A stretch of DNA of 64,000 bases from Sphyrna mokarran (GCA_024679065.1 JAGIQG010000003.1:38812001-38876000), one strand, 5' to 3'; shown: positions 49,376 to 62,420, numbered from the stretch's first letter. A program made the numbers and translations. The notes: a model not told the origin generated them from the sequence alone.

Positions 49376-50999
49376 AAACTCCACGCATCCTTTTACTTAT
49401 ACGTTAGCAATTCATCACCAATTTACACTGCCATATTTCAGATGGCTGTCAAAATCTAAGGATCTCCTGTGTACTGAAATTGCCATAAGGCAATCCAAAT
49501 TGCCTATGCTATCAATTTGCTTGAGAATATCTTTCCCCAAAATAATAGTTTTATACAGCAACATTTGCAATATTTCTTACAAATCTGATACCCACACTGA
49601 CTTGTGCCTATAGAAATCAAAGTCTAGAAATTATATAATAAAACAGTTTCCCAACAGGTTTATTTGGTAGCACAAGCTTTTGGAGTCTTGCTCCAAAAAG
49701 GGGGAGAGGAGGAGGAGGAGGAGGTTACACTAAAATCAAGCGGGAAGACCCCTGAGGGAGGGATGGAAGGAGAGGGGTGAGGCCCGGCTGTAGAGGGTAA
49801 TATGAGATATTGGAAAGATAGCCTTTTGATGGGCATAAGGGACCTGCAAAAAGGAGATTCTCCCACTCCTTTCCCAAAACCAGCTTGCCCTGTAAACTTT
49901 GTTGGGCCACGTATTTAGCATGGGACTTTCCTGTCATGGACAAAATAATGGTGGGAGTGAAAGGCCCTTAAGTTGCTCCTGTAAGAGCCTCATTGGTCCA
50001 AGGGAACACAGGCCCAACCACTCCTGTATCTCCTGCCAAGTTTCATTACAGTCAGGGATGAGCAGTTAGGCTGTGGGAAGATCATGCCCTGGATTTTACA
50101 AAATACCTACCTTCAATCCTACCAGAAGATGAGCATAAAGATCAAAATAGGGTTGGATTTTATCTCCTTCTACATTTACTTCTCTGGATAATCCCAAAGA
50201 TGGTTTCTATGATAGCAGATTCTGCTATGCTCATCAATTATTGATAAAAGCAAAGTATCACTGGATGCTTTTGATCTAGTTGCCCACAAATGCAATACAC
50301 TGAATTTCCATACAACAGGAGAAATGTACACTGCTTTCAGGATTTACAAAGATTATGACCAAAAAATAATGCAAGTTACCGTTTCTGGTAAGTAACTTCA
50401 CAGAATTGGAAAATACAAAAAGAAATTCAGCATTCAAGCAAAGTAAGAACTTTAGCAGATAGATTGATGTCATCACTCCAAATATACAAGTGGTCGGCAT
50501 TCTGTTCTTCAACTAACAGGTGTCAATATCAATTTTGAATGTGAATAAAACATGCAGAACCGTGGGCAGATTTGACACATCCTGAAGTATGTAAGTGCTT
50601 TACAGCTAAACAGAATTGAAATGTCATGCCATCTAAATCACAAGTTTGCAACATGTTCATGTCTAATTTATAAAGAGACACAACTTCTTCCCATAATATT
50701 GTAAGTGAATTCTGTAAGTTGCAATGTGAATTCTACAAAGTGTTTTTATCTGGATTTTATGCATATAAATTTAAATAATACTTGGTCATCACTGATGGGG
50801 TGAGTTTATAATACACACCTCGGTGAAAGATTTTCAGCGCATATATTGGAAGTTTCACAATCTGACTCTAGCCAAGAAGTTAACAGAGCAGATGTCCCTG
50901 TTCCTGCAACAAAAGCTGTCAGATCACCTGGGAAAAGCCAACACAGAGCTATCAGATAGGGATTAATGAAAATAATAAATCAGCTAGATAGAGGGGGTA

Positions 51000-51390
51000 A
51001 CAATTATGGAAAGAGACTTGAGAAATTTTACACTACAGCTGAGAAGACAGAGAGGTAGCCAAAGAGACGTTTACAAGGTTCTGAGTGCTTATCATTTGGT
51101 TAACAACAGGTTAATAGACTGATCAAGAGCAGAAGAGTATGCCTTACAGATGATGATAAAGAGTTTAGCACAAGATCAGAAAGAATTATATTTACACAAA
51201 AGGTGATTGGAATTTTGAACTGTTACAAAGCCCCTGGTGAAACATCCACAAATTTATTTAACGTGGGATGTTGGATTAATAAAGATGAACATTAAAGAGT
51301 ATGGGATAGAGAAAAGCAGAATGGTGGTTGATGGACAGTTTTGACAAGCAAATGGAAAATTCCTGTGCTGTAACATATCCATGATTCTAT
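51000..51390 (+). mobile_element. Very old CR1 3' fragment
   Basis: tatggaaagagacttgagaaa...tttacacaaaaggtgattgga...aaagagtatggg...atgattctatg. Confidence 0.5.
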
Positions 51391-51688
51391 GAATTGCAAT
51401 TAAGAAATAAACAGAAATTACACAAGTCTACCTTTGATATATTAACACATGCTGGTTCATATGATTCAAATACTTCACAAACAATATTCGTGACTTTGTC
51501 TGATGTATCCCAGGTACCTTGTAAATAGCAAACTTTGGTTAAAATGAAACTTGTCTCATAATAACTGACCAGAACAACATATTTTAAAACCTACTTGATC
51601 ATCATTTCAGCCAATAAAATCTTAACATGTTTTGGCTTAATGTTGTATTTGAAATATTTCCACTTTGGGAATATAATAGAAGTAGTAA

Positions 51689-51994
51689 GGGCGGCAGATG
51701 GCACAGTGGTTAGCACTGCTGACTCACAGCACCCGGGTTCAATTCCAGCATTGGTCATTTTCTGTGTGGAGTTTGCATATTCTCCCCTTGCCTGGATTTC
51801 CTCTGGATGCTCCAGTTTCCTCCCACCAAGTAAAGATGTGCAGATAAGGTGGACTGGCCATGCTAAATTACCCTTATTGTCAGGGGGATTAGCAGGGGTT
51901 ATGGGGATAGATCTGGGTGGGATTGTTTTCAATTCAGGCTTGATAGACCAAATGGCCTCCTTCTGTACTGTAGGGATTCTGTTCTATGATTCTA
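51689..51994 (+). mobile_element. Near-complete HE1/V-type SINE
   Basis: Box A TGGCACAGTGG, box B GGTTCAATTCC, V body, CR1-type tail with TTCTATGA repeats. Confidence 0.9.
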
Positions 51995-52202
51995 AATACT
52001 CCTAGATCACTTACATCGTGGTCAAAAAGTCCACTCTACTGCAGCTAAGAATTGTCTTAACTCATCACTTTGTTAGCAAGATTGTTTGCGTACCATCTAT
52101 CCTCATGTTTTATGTTAAACTCCAACATTTAAGCCAAAATTGCTTGCCAATGCCCATTAGAATCCAGATCAGAATCAACAAAATTCAATTAAATGCAGAG
52201 CT

Positions 52203-52522
52203 TTAAAAGCCATTGGACAAGACTTTTGATCGGAATGAATTCAAACACTTTTTTTGCTTTGGGTCTTTGGTATTTATTTCATGAACTGGCTGGTCCAACG
52301 GATGCACAAACAGCTTAGTGTAGATTTGTATGTCATTTGTACCTGGAGCCTGCTGCTTGAAGTTGCCTTCTGAGGGCTTCAGGGTACAGGTGATATGCAG
52401 ATCCACACTAAGCTGTTCCAGCATCCGTTGGCTCAGCAAATTCATGAAATATACACCAAAGACCCAAAGCAGAAAAAGTGTTTGAATTCATTTAGACTGA
52501 AAGCCTTGTCTAATGTCTTTAA
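52203..52522. repeat. 320-bp imperfect palindrome (~148-bp arms, 24-nt spacer)
   Basis: 52203-52350 aligns to the reverse complement of 52375-52522, for example aatgaattcaaacactttt..tgctttgggtctttggt. Confidence 0.92.
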
Positions 52523-52529
52523 TGCAAAC

Positions 52530-52772
52530 ACCAACACCTGGAAGTTCCCTTCCAATTGCATACCATCTTGACTTTGAATCAGATCACTTTCTTTCACTCC
52601 CACCGGGTCAAAATCTTACAACTTCTTTCCTAACTGCATTATGTATGTGTTTATGCCACATGAGCTATGTGATTCTTGAAGGCAACTCACACCCACTTTT
52701 TCAAAGGCAGTTAGGAATAGGCAATAAATGCTGGCCTTGGCAGCAACACTCACATCCCAGAAGTAAAAAAAG
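52530..52772 (+). mobile_element. 3' end of second non-LTR family
   Basis: ...ggcaataaatgctggccttggcagcaacactcacatccc, as at 60140-60180. Confidence 0.7.
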
Positions 52773-52911
52773 GAACTATCTTATTGTGCTTATAGTCTTT
52801 ACTGTTTGCACATTTAATTGAAATGGTCTCTTTGACAACACAAGATCATAAGAAATAGTAGCAGAAGTAGGCCAATCAGTAAGATTGTGGCTGATCTGTT
52901 TATGCCCATGA

Positions 52912-53485
52912 TTCATAGAGTCATAGAGATTTACAATATGAGAACAGGCCTTTCAGCCCAACTTGTCCATGCTGCCCTTTTTTTTTAAAAATCCCTATGT
53001 TAGTCCCAATTACCCCAATTTGGCCCTTATCCTTCTGTACCCATCTTACCCATTTAACTGTGTAAATGCTTTTTAAAAGACAAAATTGTACCCACCTCTG
53101 GCAGCTTGTTTCAGACACTCACCATCCTCTGTGTGAAAAAACTGCCCCTCCGGACATTTTTGTATCTCTCCCCTTTCACCTTAAACCTAATTTTAGACTC
53201 CCTTACCTTTGGGAAAAGATATTGACTATTTAGCTGATCTGTGTCCCTCATTATTTTATAGGGGTGATCTTATAGAAGCCTCAGACTGCTATGCTCCAGA
53301 GAAAAAAGTCCCAGTCTATCCAGCCTCTCCTTATAACTCAATCCATCAAGTCCCAGTACCATCCTTGTAAATCTTTTCTGCACTCTTTCTAGTTTAATAA
53401 TATCCTTTTACAATAGGGTGGCCAGAGCTGCACACAATATTCCAAATGTGGCCTTACCAATGTATTGTACAACTTCAACAAGACA
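52912..53485 (-). mobile_element. CR1 3' fragment (same subfamily as 17785-18742) within older CR1 pieces
   Basis: Near-colinear with 17785-18335. Older CR1 pieces at 52845-52900 and 53490-53950. Confidence 0.85.
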
Positions 53486-53659
53486 TTCCTTCTCATAGGC
53501 AAGGACACACAGATCCCTTTGCAATGCGTCATTCTGCAGCGTCATTTTTATTTAATTAACATACTAATTTTCTAATCTTCCTGCCAAAGTGAACAACCTC
53601 ACATTTTCTCACATTATATCCTGTCTACCAAATTTTTGCCACTCACTTAACCTCTCCTT

Positions 53660-53788
53660 GGGGTGAATTTTCCCATTCTACCTGCCACAGGAATCTTAGT
53701 GGGTAAGAGGCGGACCATGGAAATGTCCATTGACCTCAGACGGAACTTTTTTCATTTTGGGGCGAGCGCAGCTGGGAAGTCCTGCCCA
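53660..53788. mobile_element. Short MITE inserted in CR1
   Basis: ggggtgaattttccc / gggaagtcctgccc ends; CR1 sequence on both sides. Confidence 0.6.
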
Positions 53789-56571
53789 TTATCTCTCTGG
53801 AGATTCCTCCATACAATTTCTTTTCCTATTTTTCTGCATACAAGTTATCAGCAAAGTTAGCTACAGTATAATTGGTCACTGATCTCAGCAACAATCCACT
53901 GGTTACTTTTGCCCAACCTAAAAATGACCCATTTATCCCATTGCTACTTCCTGTTACAAACATGCTATCCATGCTGAAAAATCTTTAACTTTCTTAGCCA
54001 CAGATGGTGCATCTTCTCATTGTGTTTTTCTTTGTCAGAAGAATATATTTTTGTTGAGTGTTAAAAATTCAGGCTCACTAGTAAGGCTATCAGCAACAAA
54101 CATGGGAAAGAAACTTTCATGATTGGAGAAGCAGCTCCTTGCAGACCTGTTACTTCCACTTATCTGCAATTTGAACAGAAAGTCCACAAGCTGGATACAG
54201 AGGCATGGCCAGCCAGATTGTTGCCCGCAAATCATTTGTTGAATAACCCGTGTTAGGTAATGAGAGGCGTTGCTATGTGTTGCTCTCATTCTATTCTGTG
54301 GAATTCAACTGAATAAATAACATTTGTAGTGAACCTTCAGCCAGAGAAATCAAATCTCAGATTACAAATCCATTGGTGTCAGTGCAATTGCCCTCATTTA
54401 CAATGATCAGCAAGCTTTTTGGATGTAAGGATCAGATTAGAAGTGATTTTCAAATTCCGTAGGCAGGAATGATTACTGCACCTCATTGAGAACAACTCAG
54501 CTACGGGTAAAGAATTTAACAGCTCATGGGAATGTTAATTAGAGCCAATTAGTTCCAGAGTGACCTCCATTGACGACATAAAATTAGCCTTGCAGATTTG
54601 TGCACTGCATTTTTTTGCCAAAGTGCAATCCTCGGCAATTTGAAATGTGCAGTTAGATGGAGATATTTGCTGGACATTAAGACATTGAGCATTACTCATT
54701 GAGAAAACCAAAAATGAAATGAACAAATGAGAATTCCCTTCCTGGTAGAAAGTGATTTTATTTTAATCTAACTCCCACATTTATTGGATATGCTCCTCTT
54801 TTGAGTCCCTCACCAAGCTGGAAGGCAGTAAACTTACATCAGCAAATCCCCAATTAGCTAGCAGTTCAACTGGAAATCCTGCAAGTCAGGAACACGTCAA
54901 GGTTGCCTACCAACTCATAATAACCCCAACTAGAAAATGCAATCTCTCCTCTCTCAACACGGTTTTTTGTAACATACTTAACATCATCTAAATCAGCATC
55001 CAGATTCCAAGAACTGTTTCCATTCCACCTGCAGAAAATAAGGGCTTCTGTGAGCAGAACGACGCGACAAAGACGTAAGAATGCAAGATGTGCAAGAGAG
55101 TTTATAATTTTAAAAAGTGGAGGAACCAAACTCCAAGTAAATTGGCATCTCAAACTATCAAAGTCAGGGAAAACAACAATGAGCAAATTTCAGGGGATAC
55201 CTTCATGAAATATTTCTCTCAAGGCTCCAACAGAACAGGCAGCATTGTGAAGCTGGTTCAACTGAGAGGGGAAGGGGAATTGATGGAAATCCATTTAGCT
55301 CTATTATAAATAAATGTGACAGCATGCAGTGCACCAAATTCGAATTGTTTCATCTGGGAAATGAGGGAAAAATGGCACCATTATAACAGTGCTGCATTAT
55401 ATTGAACATCAATCAGCCATGAAGAGTAGTGAGGAAGAATTATGATGGGACATTAAGATGACTACAGAGAAAATTTGGGTTGTTAAAAACTAGACTTTTT
55501 GTCACATTCACTATTGATTTTTTGTAATGAACAAAGCATTATCAATTTATAACTTCACCTGTGCAAATAGTTCCTTGTGTGGCCTTGGTGTCAAATTTTG
55601 TTTGGCAACACTAACATTAAATTGTATAATGTGACAGAAATTACATAAATGTAAGCTGTCATTGTAAAAATATTGCCAAGGAACTAATTTACAATAACAA
55701 GTTCCCATTTTCCAGTGAATTTCCAGTATAAAACTTGGAAACATTTTCCTGTATCAATCATCTCCCATTGGTTATAGCTAGGATCCTAAAAATAATAATA
55801 CTGTGTTTTGGAGAAAATTAACAGAAGTCTGACGACACAAGAAAGATTTACAGATTACAAGAATGCATTGCAAAGCAAAAAAATCCATTTACTTTTAATA
55901 TGCACCTTCATAAGGCACATCCAGAAATAAAAACTTGAGGACAGCGAATTCTTTTTTTATGGATTCAGTGCAATAAAACATATTGATAGTGTCATTAATG
56001 CTTTAATTACAGATAATGGTTCACCTTCAAGGTCTAAAACATGCTGGAAGAAATATACCATTCCTTAAAGTGTTAATACAAAAAATCTGGTTGTTGCTGC
56101 TGCTCTTGTAAAAGACAGCTTTTGACAAGAAAAGGTAATTGAGCAGTTTTAAAGATCTCTTGACCCTGGTGGACTGTTTACAAAAGGGTCACATGGAGGT
56201 TTACAGATTTGAATGAAATAGGTATGCCTGGAAAATGGTTTGAGGCAAGATGATCAATCTCTTAGATAAGGAACACACCAGTTCCTAAAGCTCCAGACCC
56301 AGTCCCAAATGAAGAGCATGAATGGAAGTTGTTGTAGATTTGGAAACTGACTGACTGCAAATGCTCCTTAATGCTGCTAAAAAAACAGTGCAAGAATCAT
56401 CAATTGTTTCATGGATCAGTACTGAGAAACCAACAGTATAATCCAGACATCATTTTGAGGACTATCCTTTTCCCTGAACATAACATTTTTTCAGAATTCT
56501 TCTATTTTGTTTATGTGTATTGGAGAGAAAATTAGAATATTTTAAGAGAGTAATATTAATATGCTTTCATA

Positions 56572-56915
56572 TGTTTTTATTCATTCCTGGGACATGGGCA
56601 TTGCTAGCTAGCCTGTATTCATTCCCCATCCCAAGGTGCCCAAGGGCGATTGAGAGTCAACCACATTGCTGTGGTCTGTAGTCACATATAGGCAAGAATG
56701 GCAGATTTCCTGCCCTAAAGGACATTGATAAACCAGATGGGGTTTCCAACAATCAACAATGCCTTCATGATCATCAGTAGATTTTTAATTCCAGACTTTT
56801 TTATTGAACTCAAATTCCACCAACTACCATGGTGGAATTTGAACCCAAGTCCCCAGCACATTAGGTGATTTCTGGATTAATATTCTAGCATTAACACTGG
56901 CTCATTGCCTCCCCT
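56572..56915 (-). mobile_element. tRNA-derived SINE (second family)
   Basis: Homologous to 22712-23053 and 62061-62420. Confidence 0.8.
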
Positions 56916-58493
56916 ATTTAAAACTGTATGTCAATAAGCTTTATCTTTATACTTGATAAAGATGGTTTTATAACAAATTATTAATTTTCTTGTTTATTGA
57001 AGAAAATCGGACATTGAGTGGTTATTCCAAGATTAATAGATAAAGCACATAAATGGCCATACAGTTAGCTCTAAAAATCATTTAAATTTGAATTGTGATC
57101 CATAGAGATAGTGGAACTAGAGACAGACATTGCACTCCTCCTGTCTCTATCATAACAATCTGACTGATTCCAGAAAGAACTAACAACAGCAGAAGAAAAT
57201 GTTGTGAAAAAAAATCTAAATTAAAGTCTTCAAAAGGAACAGAGGAAGAAATACGTACTGGGAGAACACTGCACATTCTAACTTTGGTTCAAAACGTTTG
57301 CATTGTTGAGGTGTGGCCTTATAAATTTGGATAAATCTAAAAATGAGATGTCAACCTGATGAAGCTACAAAACAGGGCAGCAATGTACAACCACTGATAA
57401 CTCTAGATCTGTCATATCCAGTGGTGAATGACGGTGGACAATTACACATCTAACTGAAGAAAAAGACTCCATAAATATTCCCGTTCTTAATGATGGAGAG
57501 TTTGTGCAAAAGACAAGGGTGAAGCTTTTGCAACCAGTTCCAGTCAGAATTGCCCAATGGATGATCAATTCGCAACTTCTGAGGTCCCCAGAAGTGACTA
57601 AAGGCATTAGATACAGCAAAGTCTATGGGATTTGTCAATATCCTGGTTAGAGCACTGATGATTTATTGTCCAGAAACAGCCAAGTTTGTTCTAGCACATT
57701 TTCCCCGGGCATTGTAGAAAAGTGTCCAATTTATGTCCCGCCCACAAAAATCCAATCCAGCCAATTACCACCTCGTCCATCCACTTTTACTCACTAACAG
57801 TGTGAAAGTTGTCGTCTTTAACAATTCTATCAAATGATACTTACTCAGCAACACACTGCTCACTGATGCTCAATCTGGATTCCACTAAGAGCACTCAACT
57901 TCACATAGTACAACAAATGAGTTAATTCCAGAGATGAGGTGAAAGTGGCTCTCTCTGCCATTAAGACAACAGGTGACAGAATAATATCAAGCAGCCTTAG
58001 CAAAATTTTAGTCAACAGGTACCAGGGTTGGCAGGAACTCTCCACTGGTTGGATTTTAACTCATCACAAAGGGAGATGGTTGACATTGCTGCAGGCATTC
58101 CAATGGGTAGTGTTCTAGGTCCATCATCCTTCAACTGCTGCTTTATCAATGGAGCACCTTCCATTGTAAAGTCAGAAGTGGGCATGTTCACTGATGTTTG
58201 CACAGTGATGGGTACTATTCACAACTCCTCAGAAGCGATCTGTGTCCAGAAACAGCAAGACCTGGATAGCCTTCATGTTAGGGCTATGTGGCAAATTAAA
58301 TTCAGACCACACAAGTACTGAGCAAAGACCATTTCCAACAAGCAAGTCGCTAAATATCTTCCCTTGTCATTCTATACGAATACCATCAGGGAATCTACTG
58401 ATTCCATCATCAACATCCTCAAGGGAGGGGAGAGTTACCATTGATCAGATATATAACTGAAACAGCCAGATAAATGCTGTGACCACAGAGCAG

Positions 58494-59620
58494 TAAGAAG
58501 TCTCACAACACGAGGTCCAACAGGTTTATTTGGTAGTAAATATCACTAGCTTTCAGAGTTTGCCCCTTCGTCAGATGAGTGGGAGTTCTGATCACAAACA
58601 GGGCATATAAAAACAGACATAGTTTACAAAATACTGATTAGAATGCGAGTCTTTACAGCTAATCAAGTCTTAAAGATGCAGACAATATGAGTGGAGATAG
58701 CATTAAGCATAGGTTAAAGAGACGTGTATTGTTTCCAGACAGGACAGTAAGTGAGATGTTGAAAGGTCAGGCAAGTCATGGGGGTTACAAATAATGTGAC
58801 ATAAACCCAAGATCCCAGTTGAGGCCATCCTCACGTGTGTGGAACTTGGTTATCGGTTTCTGCTCAGCAATTCTGCGCTGTCATTTGTCATGAAGGCCAC
58901 TTTGGAGAACGTTTACCCGAAGATCAGAGGCCGAATACCCATGACCGCTGAAGTGTTCACCAACAGGAAGGGAACAGTCTTGCCTGACAATTGTCAAGCA
59001 GTGTTCATTCATCTGTTATCATAGAGTCTGCATGGTCTCTCCAACGTACCATGCCTCGGGACATCCTTTCCTGCAGCGTATCAGGTAGACAACGTTGGCC
59101 AAGTTGCAAGAGTATGTGCCGTGTACCTGGTGGATGGTGTTCTCACATGAGATGATGGCATCCATGTTGATGATCCAGCATGTCTTGCAGAGGTTGCTGT
59201 GGCAGGGTTGTGTGGTGTTGTGGTCACTGTTCTCTTGAAGGCTGGGTAGTTTGCTGTGGACAATAGTCTGATTGAGGTTGTACAGTTGTTTGAAGGCAAG
59301 AAATGGGGGCATGGGGATGGCCTTGGCAAGATGCTCATCTTCATCGATGACACATAGCTTCTCCGCTCCAGGGAAGTATTGGACAACGAAGGGTACTCTG
59401 TCCACTGTGTCCCACTTTTGTCTTCTGAGGAAGTCGGTGCGATTTTTCACTGTGGCGCATCAGAACTGTTGATTGATGAGTCCAGTGCCATATCCTGTTC
59501 TTATAAGGGCATCTTTCAGCATCTGGAGGAGTCTGATCCGATCCTCCTCATCGAGCAGATCCTGTGTACATGGCAGGCTTGTCCATAAAGGATGGCTTCT
59601 TTAACGTGTTTAGGATCGAT
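58494..59620 (-). mobile_element. 5'-truncated Penelope-like element (Cys motif plus GIY-YIG endonuclease, terminal repeat)
   Basis: ORF 59019-59450: RVPFVVQY.PG, PC...CKTC, NVVYLIRC..GC...YVGET (GIY-YIG). Family A terminal repeat at 58494-58580. Confidence 0.9.
58543..58578 (-). ncRNA. Putative minimal type I hammerhead ribozyme (core intact)
   Basis: Minus strand TCAT-CTGACGA-aggggcaaactct-GAAA-gc-TA-GTGA; helix I TCAT/GTGA; same strand as the GIY-YIG ORF. Confidence 0.65.
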
Positions 59621-62060
59621 GGGAGAGGGGGAGTGGTACCATTGATCAGATATTTAACTGAAACAGCCAGATAAATGCTGTGACTACAAAGCAGGTCAGA
59701 AGCTGAAATTACGTAGAAAAGAACTCACCTGCTGACTTCCAAAAGCTTGCCAAGCATCTACAATGAGGTTAGCATATGTTCCACTTGCTAGGGTGAGCGC
59801 AGCTCCAACAATACTCAAAAAGCTCAAACAGCATTCATTCTATCCACCACCACTCCACAGTAGCTGCAGCATATACAGAACGCTTGGTAACAACTCAACA
59901 AGGTTTCTTCAACGGCATCTTCCAAACCTAGTGACTTCTATTATTAAATCTATTGCCTTCAGCCTTCTCATGGGAACTCTGCCAACACTACCTGCAAGTT
60001 CCTGAAACTGAATTACCATTCCTTTACCTTTGTTGTCATAATCCCGGAATTCACTTCCTAACAGCAACATGAGTGTACTGACACCAGTGCAGCAGTTCAA
60101 CAAGGTGGGTTGCTACGATCTTCTCAAGACAATTCGGAATGGGCAATAAATGCTGGTTTTGCCAGTGACACACACATCCCACGAATGAATAAAGGCATAA
60201 AAGCAAGAGGAAAAAATAAGCAAGGGATATATCAAATTTTATTGCAAACACTGACAAAGCTACAGCAAAACTGCATAATCACCAGGAAATAATACAGCGC
60301 GTCACAGATGCTGTCCGTTGTTTATAAATTTTTCTTTTAATGCTCAAGATATTTATATTTTAGAAATATGTAAGAGAGGCACGAGAGGGAAATTTCACAG
60401 TCACTTCATTGTAATGTTAACATAAACCTTACGTGTGACTAATAAGCTAACTTTTAATTTCAACCTTATTGACATTGCATGGCATCCTCCTGCTCTTGAG
60501 CTGAAGGGCCTCCTATTGGTCCTACAATTTCAAGCAGCCATCCATTGTGCTTAATTAGATAGTGAGCCTGCCTACTCTCTCCTCCCCCCCAGCCATTAAT
60601 TGATCAACTGAGGGAATCCACTGGTGAGTGATTGGTCACCACACTCAATTTTAAGCCTTTCAGGAAGGTCCTGAAACCTGCAGGAAAATCCTGCCTCTGG
60701 TCTTTTGTTCCAAATTGTTCCTGGCTGCTTCTACTCATTTTTCTTTATTTATTGTTTTAATACATTTCTGACCTTTTTCATCCTCCCTTTGCTTCTGGCT
60801 TCCTGACTGACTCAAGTTAAAGGGATGCTACCAAGAAATGACTTGTGCAGCGTACAAGTAATCTTTGTTGTGTGAATGTAAAATACATATTTTGTTCAAA
60901 CTGGCCGAGTATTTTTTTTAAATTAATCTTCCTCAACTTACTGATTTGTTTCATTTTAATCTGGGTAGTCAGTCACTTACATTGGTAATGTTAAAATAAA
61001 ATGGAAAAAGGGGTGAAATCCTTGCCAAAGGTCATAGAGAGTCTAATCAAAAAACAGAATATCTCAGATGCTGGAAATACACAGCAGTCCAGGCAGCATC
61101 AATGGAGAAGGGGAGAATGATGCATAGGGAAGCTGATGTCTTTTGGCACATTAAAATTCTTTTTTAATGACTGCCTCATGATGTTACTCTCTGGTGTTCG
61201 ACAATCCTGATACTTAATTTGAAAGAGACCAGCATCTACATAGTTTATTACAACTTAATTCAAAGTGCAAAAGGATTCTCTATAAATCACCTGAGCTGTA
61301 AAGGGATTATAACATTTACAAAGGTAGCAGGAAGCACCTGATTGTCAGGTCCGATTAATTAGGGCTCTCACATGTACAGCAGTACTTTAATATTCTTCTG
61401 GTCTAGACATAGATAATTGAAATCAGCAAGGGGGGGGGACAATGGAGTTTCACACTCATTTTTCTGTTGATGTTGAATTTTGCTCGATTCCAACAGAGTG
61501 ACAGGTGCAACCTTTCATTTTATACAATAGACAGATATAATGTTCATACAAATTTAATGAAACGTGTCAAAGAATAGATAAAATTGGAAATTTTTCCCTC
61601 TATATGCTTTTGCTTTCAGCAGAGAAATTGAAAATAAGGTCCATACAGTGATCTTGATGGCATTTTCCCTACATAATTTCCTTCTGAATAATCATCTCCT
61701 ACCAGATACCACAATCAAACTTTTACAGGTTAATCAACAAAGGAGCTGAGAAATCAGAAGTTCCAGTTGCTTAGCAAGAGTGCTGTATAGAAGTAATTCT
61801 TAAGGTTCCTGACCAACCCATACAAATTAAAAAGATTGTTCTCACAAAAATGTGTAATTGGACATAAATCTTTTCAGACAACTTTGCTTCAACAATATAT
61901 TTGCTGAAGGTGAAAATACACATTCTATTAATGATGTTTTCAAAATTTTAATCAACATGTACATTACCCCAGGTCTCTTTGTAAAAGTCGCTTTACAGAA
62001 TAAAATCATAATCAATACTGTTCCTCACGGCCATGCTTCATAACAAAACTGATCCCAGAT

Positions 62061-62420
62061 TTTCTTTTTTATTCATTCATCAGACATGGGCATCACTGGC
62101 TGGCCAGCATTCATTGCCCATCCCTAACTGTCCTTGAAGGGTAGTTGAGAGTCAACCATATTGCTGTAGCTCTGGAGTTACATGTAGGCCAGACCAGATA
62201 AGGATAGCAGATTTCCTTCCCTAAAAGGAATTTGCGAACCAGTTTTCCAACAATCGACAATGGTTTCACGGTCATCATTAGATTCTTAATTCCAGATAAT
62301 TTTTATTGAATTCAAATTCCACCATCTGCCATGGGGGGATCTTAATGCAGGTTCCTAGAACATTAGCTGAATTTCTGGATTAATAGTCTAGTGATAATGC
62401 CACTAGGCCATCGCCTCCCC
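62061..62420 (-). mobile_element. tRNA-derived SINE (second family) with TSD
   Basis: Full-length copy; cccagat at 62054-62060 and 62418-62424. Confidence 0.85.

Larger units (their letters stand above)
57400..60195 (+). mobile_element. Degenerate non-LTR retrotransposon (second family), interrupted by the Penelope element
   Basis: ORF 58028-58321 AAGIPMGSVLGPSSF..FIN..PSIVKSEVGMFTDVC (GVPQGS/FADD-like). 3' tail gggcaataaatgctgg...cacatcccacgaatgaataaa. Confidence 0.75.

Noticed and set aside
51689-51760. tRNA gene (box A and box B present)
   Set aside because: It is a SINE head continuous with the SINE body, with no complete cloverleaf.
51595-52005. 136-aa ORF and similar ORFs over SINEs (e.g. 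6956-7201, 13486-13668)
   Set aside because: These are translations of SINE sequence, not genes.
56070-57157. Solo-LTR-like element ending tcataaca (similar impression at ~8780-9480 and ~38500-39240)
   Set aside because: Boundaries, TSD and a second copy could not be established by eye.
21-58580. Recurring ~40-80-bp motif as a CRISPR-like repeat
   Set aside because: Copies are dispersed kilobases apart in both orientations and match the Penelope terminus; there are no spacers or cas genes.
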